NCBI GenBank assembly: GCA_964614285.1
Contig: CAZTKV010000001.1
Coordinates: forward strand, 23,811-68,937
Direction: 5' to 3'
Source of the DNA: an uncultured Chitinophaga sp.
GTDB lineage: Bacteria > Bacteroidota > Bacteroidia > Chitinophagales > Chitinophagaceae
DNA: 45,127 nt
Shown here: piece by piece, positions 18,063-28,800 of the stretch
Position numbering within the stretch: position 1 is the stretch's first letter
Layout of the letters: every line of letters starts with the position of its first letter
The notes under the pieces: model-generated
Seen by the model: only the letters and a program-made list of their open reading frames with translations
The model's database searches: none
What the model was told of the DNA's origin: nothing
Translations under genes and position numbers: made by a program

Positions 18063-19373
18063 ATGCCCTCACTCACTCCCATTGGAATCACCGATTTCAG
18101 GAATCAACAAAAACCTTTTGGAATAAAGGAAGAAGACCGTTTGGGTCATATATACTGCATAGGAAAAACAGGAAGCGGGAAATCAACACTCTTGTTAAAT
18201 ATGGCTATTGCAGACATTAATCAGGGCAAAGGATTGGGAGTGATTGATCCTCACGGAGACCTTGCCGAAGAGTTACTCTTGCATGTTCCCAAAGAAAGAA
18301 TAGCCGATGTGCTATATTTCAATGCAGGAGATACCGAATATCCGGTTGCGTTTAATCCTTTGCACAATGTAAAAGAACAGGACCGATACCTGATAGTGGC
18401 TACACTAGTCACGGCACTTAAGAAACTATGGGCAGATTCCTGGGGACCACGATTAGAGCATATCCTTCGGAATACTCTACTTACCCTGTCATACCATTCA
18501 AAGAGTACACTCCTTGATATTATTCCCCTTCTCACCAATTTTGAGTTCAGAAGAAAAGTACTCTTTGCAGTGCCGGTGGAGTCACTGCACCAGTTCTGGG
18601 AAAAGGAATTTGATCCCTTGCCTCCACAGCTCAAACATGAGTTTATTGCTCCCATCATCAACAAGGTTGGTTTGTTCAGTGCGCATCCTATTCTCAGAAA
18701 TATCCTGGGACAGGAGAAAAGCTCATTCACGATAGCTGAAGTCATGAATACAAAAAAGATATTCATTGCCAATCTCTCAAAAGGAGTATTGGGAGAAGCA
18801 GGGACTCAACTATTAGGTTCATTATTGGTGACACAGTTTCAGACAGCTTCCCTAGGAAGAGCAACCCGACCCATCAGCAGCAGAACACCTTTTTATCTGT
18901 ATATCGATGAAGTACACTCTTTCATCACCAAATCCTTTGCTGATATTCTTTCTGAGTCGAGAAAGTATGGGTTAGGGCTGTTTCTCACTCACCAGTTCCT
19001 TGACCAGTTGCCTGAAGATATTCATACGGCAATCATTGGAAACGTTGGCACCGTGATTGTGTTTCGGGTAGGGACAAGAGATGCGAAAGTATTGGCAGAA
19101 GAGTTTTATCCTGTATTCAAGCAGTCAGATCTGATTGCACTGCCACGGTATCATATATACCTGAAGCTGCTTATTGACGGAACAACGTCAAAACCGTTTA
19201 GTGCCATCACTCAGCCATTACCCAATTCAATATCTTCTTATGCCAGTGAGACCATTTCACTTTCCAGGGCGCAATATGGAACAGCAATTGACCAGATAAG
19301 CAAGGAAAATTATTTAAAAGGAAATGAAAATTGTGCTAAAGGAACTCTTTTTGAAGATTTATCACTCAAATGA
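18063..19373 (+). CDS. VirD4/TraD/TrwB-like (HerA-FtsK superfamily) ATPase without transmembrane anchor
   Basis: Walker A GKTGSGKST, IDPHGDL, FNPL, Walker B LYIDE, SESRKYG, HQFLDQL, IIGNVGT. Confidence 0.88.
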   Translation: MPSLTPIGITDFRNQQKPFGIKEEDRLGHIYCIGKTGSGKSTLLLNMAIADINQGKGLGVIDPHGDLAEELLLHVPKERIADVLYFNAGDTEYPVAFNPLHNVKEQDRYLIVATLVTALKKLWADSWGPRLEHILRNTLLTLSYHSKSTLLDIIPLLTNFEFRRKVLFAVPVESLHQFWEKEFDPLPPQLKHEFIAPIINKVGLFSAHPILRNILGQEKSSFTIAEVMNTKKIFIANLSKGVLGEAGTQLLGSLLVTQFQTASLGRATRPISSRTPFYLYIDEVHSFITKSFADILSESRKYGLGLFLTHQFLDQLPEDIHTAIIGNVGTVIVFRVGTRDAKVLAEEFYPVFKQSDLIALPRYHIYLKLLIDGTTSKPFSAITQPLPNSISSYASETISLSRAQYGTAIDQISKENYLKGNENCAKGTLFEDLSLK

Positions 19374-19442
19374 CCTTGATGCTGAGAGACAGTATTATTT
19401 TAGCAATGAAAGGAAACAATTTGAACCAATCGTTGTATCAAT

Positions 19443-19745
19443 ATGGTAGCCCGAGGATTAAATAGTAATAAGGAGCGGAAAGCATACTGGGAAGAGCTCA
19501 CTCTCAGATACACAGAGGATGAGGTTCAAAAAGCCCTGGCCTCTCTTGAACCAACTACCCGAAAGGTGCTCCTGCTGTATTATGCAGAATCCTATTCATT
19601 CAAAGAAATCTGTACAATGATTCAACGGTCTATTTCAATAGTCAGAAGCCATCATAACCGTGGTTTCTTTCAGCTGTATCGCTATTTCAATTCACACTTG
19701 AAAGGGGATGAGCCACCTGTTTGGAAACCCGATAGTAATATTTGA
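19443..19745 (+). CDS. Stand-alone sigma-70 region-4-like HTH protein
   Basis: ALASLEPTTRKVLLLYYAESYSFKEICTMIQRSISIVRSHHNRG matches an ECF region 4; no region 2 in its 100 aa. Confidence 0.7.
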   Translation: MVARGLNSNKERKAYWEELTLRYTEDEVQKALASLEPTTRKVLLLYYAESYSFKEICTMIQRSISIVRSHHNRGFFQLYRYFNSHLKGDEPPVWKPDSNI

Positions 19746-19836
19746 CGGATTTTGGCCTTTATCATTGAACAGATCAGTCATTACTTTTTAAGTTTCTTCG
19801 GCTCAATACCAAACGCTTCGACTGAGTGTTTATAGT

Positions 19837-20081
19837 CTACTGCCTGGTCAATTTTTTGATACCTGCATTAGTCAGTGCCTGCATGTATGCTGGAATGAAA
19901 TCATTCCAGTCTATCCATTTTTACCAATAAATTGCAAGAACCAATCATCCTCAGCTAACTGATTCGCTGCTATATGCCGTCCATTGTCGCAAAACATATT
20001 TCCAGAAAGCAACACTTTCCATTTCCCAAACGTATCTGCTTTCTTTTCTCCGCTTGTAAATTCACCAGGAAATCTGTTCAT
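19837..20081 (-). pseudogene. Frameshifted small hypothetical gene
   Basis: MNRFPGEF...QLAEDDWFLQFIGK; adding one A to the A5 run (T run at 19918-19922) continues it as KWIDWNDFIPAYMQALTNAGIKKLTRQ*. 245 nt, one short of 82 codons. Confidence 0.5.
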
Positions 20082-20119
20082 ATCAGAGAGTATATTTATG
20101 TTTGATGGAATATTGTTTC

Positions 20120-20338
20120 TTACTCAAAGTCAAGGAGGTTTTTTAGTGAAACTTCAAGCTCAGAAGCAATCAAATAAAGCGTTTTTACCGTTGGGTTCCC
20201 TTTCCCTTTTTCAATATAATTCACCCATTGCCGGTCCTTATCAATGCGTAATGCTAATTCAGTCTGGCTGAGCCCGGCTTTTTTTCGTAAAGCGGCGATT
20301 TGTTTTCCGAGTTTTTTCTGAAATACATCAATACCCAT
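20120..20338 (-). CDS. XRE-family HTH regulator
   Basis: LGKQIAALRKKAGLSQTELA...VNYIEKGKGNPTVKTLYLIASELEVSL. ATG at 20338 preferred. Confidence 0.85.
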   Translation of the reverse strand: MGIDVFQKKLGKQIAALRKKAGLSQTELALRIDKDRQWVNYIEKGKGNPTVKTLYLIASELEVSLKNLLDFE

Positions 20339-20496
20339 ACCTTGGTTAAAGGCATACAAGGTTGAGTATTTCAAAAAAATTATTGTAAAGATATATCTTT
20401 ACAATCTCAATTTTCCCTAAGTTTGTTTCCGCCAGAGAAGTCCCCCAAGTCATTTGAGCTGGTATAACCATCTTTTTAACCCAAAACCATTTTCGT

Positions 20497-21237
20497 ATGC
20501 AAAAGAGTATGTTCCTTATTCTGCTGTTTCTTTTATTCACCGGCTGCTTTGCTCCCAAGCAGGTTGCTCCTGCCAAGCAGACCTTCACCTTTGACTATGC
20601 TGTCAGGGAAAGCAGTAAAGCCGGTTCAGCTTCAATGGTAGTGGCACAGATACGACCTTATTATGCCGCTGATTTCAGTTCTGGCTCTGGTGAATTGTTC
20701 CGAAGTTTTCAAAATGCCCTGGGAAGTGATATAGAAGAACTCATTATTTCCAGGGGTTTCTCCCTCAAAGGACCTTATCAGTCACATGATGAAATGATTT
20801 TTGAAGACAAAAAGCGGACAGAAATGCTTATTCAAATCGAAATTGACCCACAATTCACTGCCCAAGCCGGAGGATGGAAGACTAACCTGTCAATACTGGG
20901 AGCTTCTTACAACTCCTATACCTATTCAGGAACGGTATCCTTAGTGGGAAAGATCAATCTCTCAGGTGTGGAACCGCTCACCAATGAAAAGATCTGGGCA
21001 AAGTCAGTGTTGATTCCTAATGTAGAGAACATCCCGATTGAAACCACCGCCAAATATTCACGGGTACTCTCAGATACCGAGCTGATGAACGACCCGGGTG
21101 TGTATAACGCATTGGGGAAAGCACTCATGACTCAGTATGCAGGGATCATGGATAAGATAGCTGCCCATTTTACGGCAGAAGAGTTCACATCACTAAAATC
21201 ACAGATCAAAGAGTTAAAAGCAAAGAAGGGGTTTTAA
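20497..21237 (+). CDS. Lipoprotein, possibly HpaA/NLBH-like fold
   Basis: Lipobox LFTG-C; TAAGTTTG box at 20418-20425. EELIISRGFSLKGPYQSHDEM is reminiscent of HpaA-like lipoproteins (tentative). Confidence 0.7.
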   Translation: MQKSMFLILLFLLFTGCFAPKQVAPAKQTFTFDYAVRESSKAGSASMVVAQIRPYYAADFSSGSGELFRSFQNALGSDIEELIISRGFSLKGPYQSHDEMIFEDKKRTEMLIQIEIDPQFTAQAGGWKTNLSILGASYNSYTYSGTVSLVGKINLSGVEPLTNEKIWAKSVLIPNVENIPIETTAKYSRVLSDTELMNDPGVYNALGKALMTQYAGIMDKIAAHFTAEEFTSLKSQIKELKAKKGF

Positions 21238-21692
21238 GGAATTAATACTATAAAACTTTAAACAAACATTTCGCACTGTAAACAAATTGATTTATGATCT
21301 GATCAGTCATAACTCAATTTGTTTTTTAGATCAATAGATTTAGGATATCTGTCAGTTGGTTGCTGCAATTGGGAGTCGAAATAATTCCGTAGTAATACGG
21401 TTGTTCGGATTAAACTAATTCTTCAATTTGCAACGAGGTCTTTTGAAATGAGTTTCGGTTATAGTTTTAAGTGACTCAACTTATATAGGGTATCCATTTC
21501 TGTTATTTATCGCTTACAGTTCGTGAGTAGTTATATGAGAGAGATTATAATGGCAAACCCCTAATTCAATAAAAACTTTTTGTTAAGTAATAAAAAGCTG
21601 TATAGTTTTCAATTAGAATTTCAGAAAGTTTGTATTAGAGAATATCGGAAGCAGATTATCTGATTTCATTAAACCAACCAGAAAATTCGCCA

Positions 21693-24152
21693 ATGGTACT
21701 TCATACCATTCGAAACCAAAACCAACTTAAAGTAGTGCTGCTGGGCACACTACTTCTTGGTATTTTATCAGTGAAATCCCAAACCGGAACTACTGATGCA
21801 ATCCCAACAAAAGCAGGTGCTGAAAAGCTTAAGAAAGATTCGATAATACCAACACTACGACCTTTAGCCAAAGAGCTAGAAACTTTCCCGCAATCTATAC
21901 AAAGAACAGTTATTGCTTCAGTAAAGGAAAGCGTCAACAAGTCTTTGTTCAATACGCTTACGAAAAAAGGTAAAGAAGTACTGACTCCATTTCAGGATTT
22001 ATTCCACAAACCATTCTCATTTAATTCCGGAGATGTATTTATCAATTCGCAAGCAGACACTTCTTTCTCAAAAAATGGGCATAATTATCTCAGGACAATG
22101 AGTGAAGCCCGGAGTAGTTGGACTGTTGCATCCATACCGGTCGGGCTTACGATATCAAGGCAATCCTTGAGTGACTTCGCTTATGGTAAGAGCTTTAACC
22201 GGTTCACACTTCATTTTGACAAAGATGAATACCTGGCAGTTTTGAAGAAAAAGCTCGCAGGCACTTATGATCCACGGTCATTGCTTGAGTCTGCAGCAAA
22301 TCCTTTAGACAAGATTATTGAACAGATGAAAAAGGAATTTACTTTAGAATTAGACCGGGTGGGTGAAAGATATAAGGGATTACTGGAGGAACAACTAAAC
22401 TCTTTCAAGAACATACCGGATATATTCAATGCTGATGTGCAGGCCCTTCAGCAACGATTTATCAATAAACAATATTTTGGAGAGATTACAAAGAAGCAGG
22501 CAGTACTGGCGCAGTTACAACAGCAGCGCAATAACGGCATTTCGATTGATGATGCCGAACTAAAAAATCTGGAGCAGGAGATTTTAAGATTCAAGGGAGT
22601 GCAGGATCTGATGAAAACATTCAGCCAACATAAACAAAAGTGGCTGCAGTCCGGACTTTTATCCCGTATAAAAGAGTTAAGGATATTGAAAGCATCTGCC
22701 CTGCAATCAGTATTAAACGATCCTGCCACAATTGTGAAGATGGCCAGACAGCGACTTTCATTAACAGGGCTTCAACGTTTTTTCCTTGGTATGAACCGGT
22801 TGGATATAGGACAGAGCGCTTCTACGATAAGTCCTCTAACTTTTCGTCATTTGCTGACAAAGGGGATCAACACAGAATTTTCCGGTAACAACAAAACGGT
22901 TGGCGTGTTGATAGGAAAAACCACTGACTTCAATTCATTGTTAGATTTTCCGTTTCAACAAAACCTTTTCTCTAATACAGGGTCAGTCAGTGCTCTCAGG
23001 GTAGGAACCGGCTCAGGAAAAGGAATGAATTCACAGCTCTCCTTAGCTTCTTTTTCACAGACTCTTTCGGGTTATCCCACACAAGGGGGTGATTTTAATA
23101 CGGAATCATTCAGAAAGGTATTGGTTACAACTATTTCCAATCAATTAACAATGGGAGAGAAGGGGCTTGTTAGTGTTGAATTATCCCGGTCTGCAACGCA
23201 GTACAATGGAAGAAAATCTGAGGCAGATTCCGGGTTGGCTGCCAGTGCCGGAGCCTTAAACCGAATTTTTTCAGGCAATGACTTCATGGCTAATACGGCA
23301 TTATCGTTTCGCTATAGTGATGAATACACTGATAAAGGGCTGGCCTATCATTTTAGTTTTAATAAAACATCAAACGGTTATATCAACCCTGGCGATGGTT
23401 ATTTTTCAGCTGGCTCCACTGTATTGGGGATGGGAATCCGAAAATCATTTTTGAAAAATAAGCTGCTTATTTCATTTAGGGGGACACAGCGAAACTACCG
23501 TTACAATGAAGGCGCAGGAACTGCCTGGAAGAATAGCCAGTTTATTGCCGATATAAAATGGAAAATGAGAAAAGGTCAGTATGTCACTTTGCGTTACCAG
23601 CCTGTCACAATGATCCGCAAGAGTGCATTGGGCAAGGAACCGGTAAGTTCAATGAACAGATTAGTAGTTGATGCAAGTCTGGCAAAAAGGATAAGCAGAA
23701 GGTTTTATTACAGGAACTATATTAGTATAGCTGGTCAGCAAAACAGCTTTACCTGGACTGAAGGCACTAGGGTTAATAATAATGCTGTCAGCATCAGCTC
23801 CCTGCAGCAGCTTGCTTTTGGTAACAAAACGGTCTTTATAAACATCAATTACAACTATGCAAATTCAGTTTCTCAGTTCATGTTCCTTAATTCCTCGTTT
23901 TATGCAGAGGCCGGGCATAGCTATATTTTGCTGAAACATATTTCTGGTTCCACAGGGCTTATATACAATTCAACTGCCGGCTGGTACAGGCAGGCCGGAA
24001 TTCGTCAATCATTATCCGGGCAGATTGGAAAAAGATTCTCCATGAATGTATTTGTTGACCTGAAGAAAAACTTAAGGGTATTACAGCCTTTGTGGAATGA
24101 CATGATCAGGGCTGATTTTAGCTTAAGATATTTAATAAACAACAAGAATTAA
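21693..24152 (+). CDS. Predicted outer-membrane beta-barrel protein with helical/coiled-coil N-terminal region (gene 1 of the Rhs operon)
   Basis: Signal peptide (..LSVKS|Q), Q/L/K-rich helices around aa 180-360, alternating amphipathic strands in the C-terminal half, terminal strand RADFSLRY. Confidence 0.65.
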   Translation: MVLHTIRNQNQLKVVLLGTLLLGILSVKSQTGTTDAIPTKAGAEKLKKDSIIPTLRPLAKELETFPQSIQRTVIASVKESVNKSLFNTLTKKGKEVLTPFQDLFHKPFSFNSGDVFINSQADTSFSKNGHNYLRTMSEARSSWTVASIPVGLTISRQSLSDFAYGKSFNRFTLHFDKDEYLAVLKKKLAGTYDPRSLLESAANPLDKIIEQMKKEFTLELDRVGERYKGLLEEQLNSFKNIPDIFNADVQALQQRFINKQYFGEITKKQAVLAQLQQQRNNGISIDDAELKNLEQEILRFKGVQDLMKTFSQHKQKWLQSGLLSRIKELRILKASALQSVLNDPATIVKMARQRLSLTGLQRFFLGMNRLDIGQSASTISPLTFRHLLTKGINTEFSGNNKTVGVLIGKTTDFNSLLDFPFQQNLFSNTGSVSALRVGTGSGKGMNSQLSLASFSQTLSGYPTQGGDFNTESFRKVLVTTISNQLTMGEKGLVSVELSRSATQYNGRKSEADSGLAASAGALNRIFSGNDFMANTALSFRYSDEYTDKGLAYHFSFNKTSNGYINPGDGYFSAGSTVLGMGIRKSFLKNKLLISFRGTQRNYRYNEGAGTAWKNSQFIADIKWKMRKGQYVTLRYQPVTMIRKSALGKEPVSSMNRLVVDASLAKRISRRFYYRNYISIAGQQNSFTWTEGTRVNNNAVSISSLQQLAFGNKTVFININYNYANSVSQFMFLNSSFYAEAGHSYILLKHISGSTGLIYNSTAGWYRQAGIRQSLSGQIGKRFSMNVFVDLKKNLRVLQPLWNDMIRADFSLRYLINNKN

Positions 24153-24156
24153 CGCC

Positions 24157-25272
24157 ATGCAGAGGAGTTATTACCTATTGTTTTTATTCTTGACCGGGAT
24201 TTTTTTCCCGGTAATGCGGTCAGATGCGCAGGTACTTATGCAGTTTAACGCTCCGGTGAATGGTCAGAGTCTGGAAGGCCTTTCCTATGTACAGATTATT
24301 AATAACTCAAATGAGGATGTCAGGGCTGCAATAACTATAAGGGTTACCGAAAATCTTACAGGCAAAATTTTGACAGCTTCTTTTTTCGGTGTTCCGCTCA
24401 GGCGGGGAAACAATACTATAGAACCGGCAAGTTTTTCAAGAGGAAAATTTTCTTTTGCGTCCAATTATTCCGGACAGACCATCAGCCAGACAGGAAGGTT
24501 TCCGGAAGGAGAATATGAATATTGTTATGAGGTAGAAATAACTGACTCAAAAACACCCTGGCCTTCGTCAGTGTTTGAGAATTGTTTTACCTCGCTTATA
24601 CAGCCGCTTACACCCCTGTTACTGGTTAATCCTGCAGATGAAGATATCAGTTGTAATACAAGACCCTTATTTACCTGGCAACTTCCGGCACCGCTGCCCC
24701 GAAATGCCTTATGTAGATTAGTCCTTACTGAACTCAGGGATAAACAGGACCTTGCTGAAGCCATTAATTACAACATGCCGCTCATTAACCAGTCTAATAT
24801 CTCTGGTAACCAGTTAATATTTCCCGCATCACAGCAGGCATTGAAAGAAGGAAAAAAATATGTATGGCAGGTCACGCTATATACAGGAACTATTTTACTC
24901 AGAAAATCAGAAATATGGACTTATGAAGTGAAATGTGATGTAAGTAAAGTTGATACGCTAACAGGCAGTTACAGAGAACTGAAGGAAAATTCCGATGGTG
25001 ATTTCCTGGTTGTTGATAGGGTTCTTCGTTTCTCCTTTCATAATCCTTATAGTCCGGGGGCTCTTGCGTATTCTATCGTCAACATGGCCAATCCTGGAAA
25101 ACCAATCAGCCACTTGCCTAAACTGACCGTTAAGGCAGGGCTTAATAAATATGATCTTGATTTTACGGATAATAAGGCGTTCAAGAAAGGTGAGGAATAT
25201 TTATTAAAGGTCACCTTATCTGGAAATCGGGAGTTACGTCTTCGCTTTTTATTTAATTATGACGGGGAATAA
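24157..25272 (+). CDS. Secreted multi-Ig/Fn3-like protein (DUF928-like central domain)
   Basis: Signal peptide SDA|Q; FPEGEYEYC, PLLLVNPAD..RPLFTW, LKEGKKYVWQV. Confidence 0.65.
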   Translation: MQRSYYLLFLFLTGIFFPVMRSDAQVLMQFNAPVNGQSLEGLSYVQIINNSNEDVRAAITIRVTENLTGKILTASFFGVPLRRGNNTIEPASFSRGKFSFASNYSGQTISQTGRFPEGEYEYCYEVEITDSKTPWPSSVFENCFTSLIQPLTPLLLVNPADEDISCNTRPLFTWQLPAPLPRNALCRLVLTELRDKQDLAEAINYNMPLINQSNISGNQLIFPASQQALKEGKKYVWQVTLYTGTILLRKSEIWTYEVKCDVSKVDTLTGSYRELKENSDGDFLVVDRVLRFSFHNPYSPGALAYSIVNMANPGKPISHLPKLTVKAGLNKYDLDFTDNKAFKKGEEYLLKVTLSGNRELRLRFLFNYDGE

Positions 25273-25816
25273 AATAATAACTGCACTAATTGCTTCAGGC
25301 TTCTTTATGGCTGCATGTCAGTTGTCAAACAGCCGGCAGCAATACATCAGTTATATCAATGACCCTGAGCATAAAATTACGCAAAAAATAAAAGTAGGAG
25401 ATGTACAAGCCACAATCAAGTGGCTGCCTCCGGACTACCGGAAATTAATTACCCTGGATAGTGGTACTTATGAAGCAAGTGATGGCTTTCATTATTTCGA
25501 TATAAGATTTGATAAGGTTATCGGAGATAAACCATCGAAGGAAAAAATTCTGTACCTGGATTTTGACATGCACAATGATTTTGTAATGCTGCAGGGAGCA
25601 GACTCAGTCGGGCCAATATTTTGTCAGCGAATTGAAAATGGGACACCTGGTAGCTACCAATACATGCTGGCATTTGAAAAGAGACATGCTGGTATGGAAG
25701 AAGGTTTTTCAGTGTTGTATAGGGACAAGATTTTTGGCATTGGTGCGATAGTTTTTGTTTATAACAAAGAGGACATTAAAAAAATACCCAACCTAAACCC
25801 AGCAATAAGTAAATGA
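25259..25816 (+). CDS. Lipoprotein
   Basis: Lipobox FMAA-C; overlaps both neighbours. Confidence 0.75.
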   Translation: MTGNKIITALIASGFFMAACQLSNSRQQYISYINDPEHKITQKIKVGDVQATIKWLPPDYRKLITLDSGTYEASDGFHYFDIRFDKVIGDKPSKEKILYLDFDMHNDFVMLQGADSVGPIFCQRIENGTPGSYQYMLAFEKRHAGMEEGFSVLYRDKIFGIGAIVFVYNKEDIKKIPNLNPAISK

Positions 25817-28800
25817 AATGGCTTAGTAAACACAGGAAAAAAGTAGCCTTGTTTTTTTACACGGTTATGTTACTGCAGTTTCTGAACCCCCAGGTAGCCT
25901 ATGGGTTGACCTCGGGACCTTCACAACCGGAGATGAAAGGGTTTGAACCTATTGGCAATACAGAAATGGTAGATCTGTTCAGTGGCGATTTTTCCTATAA
26001 TATCCCGTTGGCAGATGTTGGGGGATATCCGGTAAACCTTGCCTATCATTCTGGAGCAAACATGGATGATGAGGCCAGCTGGACCGGGTTTGGATGGAGT
26101 CTTAATGTGGGTTCGCTCAATCGTCAGCTCAGGGGTATACCAGATGATTTTAACGGTACCGATAAAATAGAAAGAGAGATGAGCATGAAGGATCATGTGG
26201 TGAAGGGAGCGAAGTTCTCTATGACCCTTGATCTGCTGGGTATTCCTGTTGAACGGGTAAAATTCAAAAGGAAAAAGAAAAAACTTGATATGAGTCTTAC
26301 CCTTAGTGTTGGAATCAAGCATGATAACTACAGAGGGATAGGCATGGAGATTGGCGCAAATCCCGGGGTGAGTTTTACAGATTATGTGGCAGATGACAAA
26401 AATTCAAAAGACACAACTTTTATCCGGTCAAATGTACCTGGACCGGGAAGTGCTGGAATAAATGTCAGTTCTATGGACGGCGCCACTGTTTCACTGAATG
26501 CCAACATCCTTAAGAAGAGTTTTGACATGGCAGATAAACAAAATGGTATCAGCAAATCAATTGGCTTTTCATACAATACCCGTGCAGGACTTTCCGGAAT
26601 GACATTGAGCAGTTCGTTCAGCTCAGCAGAAAAAAAGAATGATAACAAGCGAAAATTGTTGGAGTTTGCCAACGGATCAAGTTCTTTTGTTTCTTTTAAC
26701 GGACAAACCTATACACCAACCATTGATCACCCGATGAAAAGTAAATCCTTTACTTTTTCCCTGCATGTGGGCCCGGAATTATGGGTGGTACTTGCAGGGG
26801 TGGGAGTAACCGGTTTTTACTCCAAGCAATCCGTCGCAGAAAAACTCAGAAGTGCGCCTGCTTATGGCTATGTGCATAGTGAAAAGGGAAAAGATATTCC
26901 TGAAGCATTAATGGATATGAACCGTGAAAAGGACATACCCTACAGCAACGAAGTAAAATACCTTCCTATCCCCATTCCAACAAATGATCTGTTTAATGCC
27001 ACCAGCCAGGATGGATCGGGTCAATACCGGCCTTACCGCTCCGGTTCAGGAGTATTTTTTGACAGAAAAACTGAATCTAGGAATGAAGATGTGACAATTG
27101 GAATTGAATTCGGCGGAGGCTTATTCATTGATGCAGGGATGGATTTATATCATCAGTCAACAAGGACAAGGACCAAGAAATGGACTGACAGGAATGACTA
27201 TTTACCAAAAGGTGATTTTCAGTCGGGATCGGCTACTTCACCTTTGTACGAGGCCTCATATTTTAAAAGGGTAGGCGAGCCTGTTCCTTATGATAAATCC
27301 TATATTGATAAACTTAAAGGTGAATCTCCGGTAGCAGTAGAATTGCCCGGCAGGATAGATAATGCTATTGCCGGGGCAAAGGCATCTAGTCTGTTGCGGA
27401 CAAAATCCGCTAATAACGGAGAGACAATCAGTACGCTGAAAAAAGAGCAGCGTGATGTCAGGAATACAGCATTTTCCTATCTGACCGCTGCTGAGGCAAA
27501 GCTGCATGCCCTGGAAAAAAACATTATCAGTTATAAACCCGATTCAATTCCATTAGGCAATTGTAATAGTGGCGCTGTAAAATCCACTATTCAGCGAACA
27601 GCAGATTACCGGAAGAAGCATCATGTTTCGGAAGTCACTATAACAAGCGATGATGGAAAAAGGTCTATCTATGGAATACCTGTTTATAATACATATCAGG
27701 AAGAAGTCAGTTTCAGTACTGGTTCGAATCTGTCACTACGGAGCAGAGGGTTGACTGCTTACTCTTCACAGGATAATTCCATCAATAATAACAAGGGAAG
27801 AGAAAATTACTATAGCAGAGAGAAGACACCATCATATGCTACATCATATTTACTGACTGCGATCCTTTCCCCGGACTATGTCGATAAAACTGGTAACGGA
27901 ATCAGCGATGATGATGGTGGAGCAGCAGTAAAATTCAATTACACAAAACATGATTCTCTCTACCGCTGGAGAACACCCTATGCTTTTGGACAGGATTCAG
28001 CTAACTATAATGAAGGTTTTTTAAGTGAAGAACTGGATGACAAAGCCAGTTTTATGTATGGAGAGAAAGAGCTCTGGTATCTGCATTCACTGGAATCAAA
28101 AACCATGGTGGCTCATTTTATTACAGAAAACAGGGACGATGGATTAGGAGTAACAGGGAGCGGAGGTGCTGTAAACACGAACACGAGACTCAAGCGGCTG
28201 AAGGAAATAAGATTGTATTCCAAAGCGGAACTCAAACTGAATGGCAACGATCCCTCTAAAACGATACCGGTGAAAGTGATTCATTTTGAGTATGATTATT
28301 CAATATGCCCCGGATTGCCTAATAGTATCAGCAATACAGGAAAACTTACTTTAAAGAAGATTTACTTCACTTTCGGACAGAACCAGAAAGGCAGGTTGAA
28401 TCCATATAGTTTCCAGTATGATACTTCCTACAACCGTTATAATTACCGGCAATATGACCGCTGGGGAAATTTCAAGGATGTTGCGAACAATCCGGGTGGT
28501 TTGAATAATGCAGAATTTCCTTATACCATTCAGGATACGACCTGGACAAACAAATTTGCCGCTGCCTGGCAATTAAAGAAAATCACACTACCAACCGGCG
28601 GCAGTATCAATATTACTTACGAGTCGGATGATTATGCCTATGTACAGGACCGAAGGGCTTCACAGATGTGCATGCTTAACGGAGTAGGATCGCAGGGTTC
28701 ATCCACCGGCCTGGTGAGTGCAGATTATATCTATATCAATCTCCCCAATAATGTTTCCAGCCGACAGGAAATGCTTGACCGTTATTTCGAAGGAATAACC

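Noticed and set aside
17965-18072. Long N-terminus of ORF 17704-18072
   Set aside because: It overlaps the ATPase start and its upstream motif; a later start is more plausible.
26266-26283. KRKKKK NLS-like run in the 2132-aa protein
   Set aside because: A single basic patch in A-rich DNA; not enough to infer a eukaryotic target.
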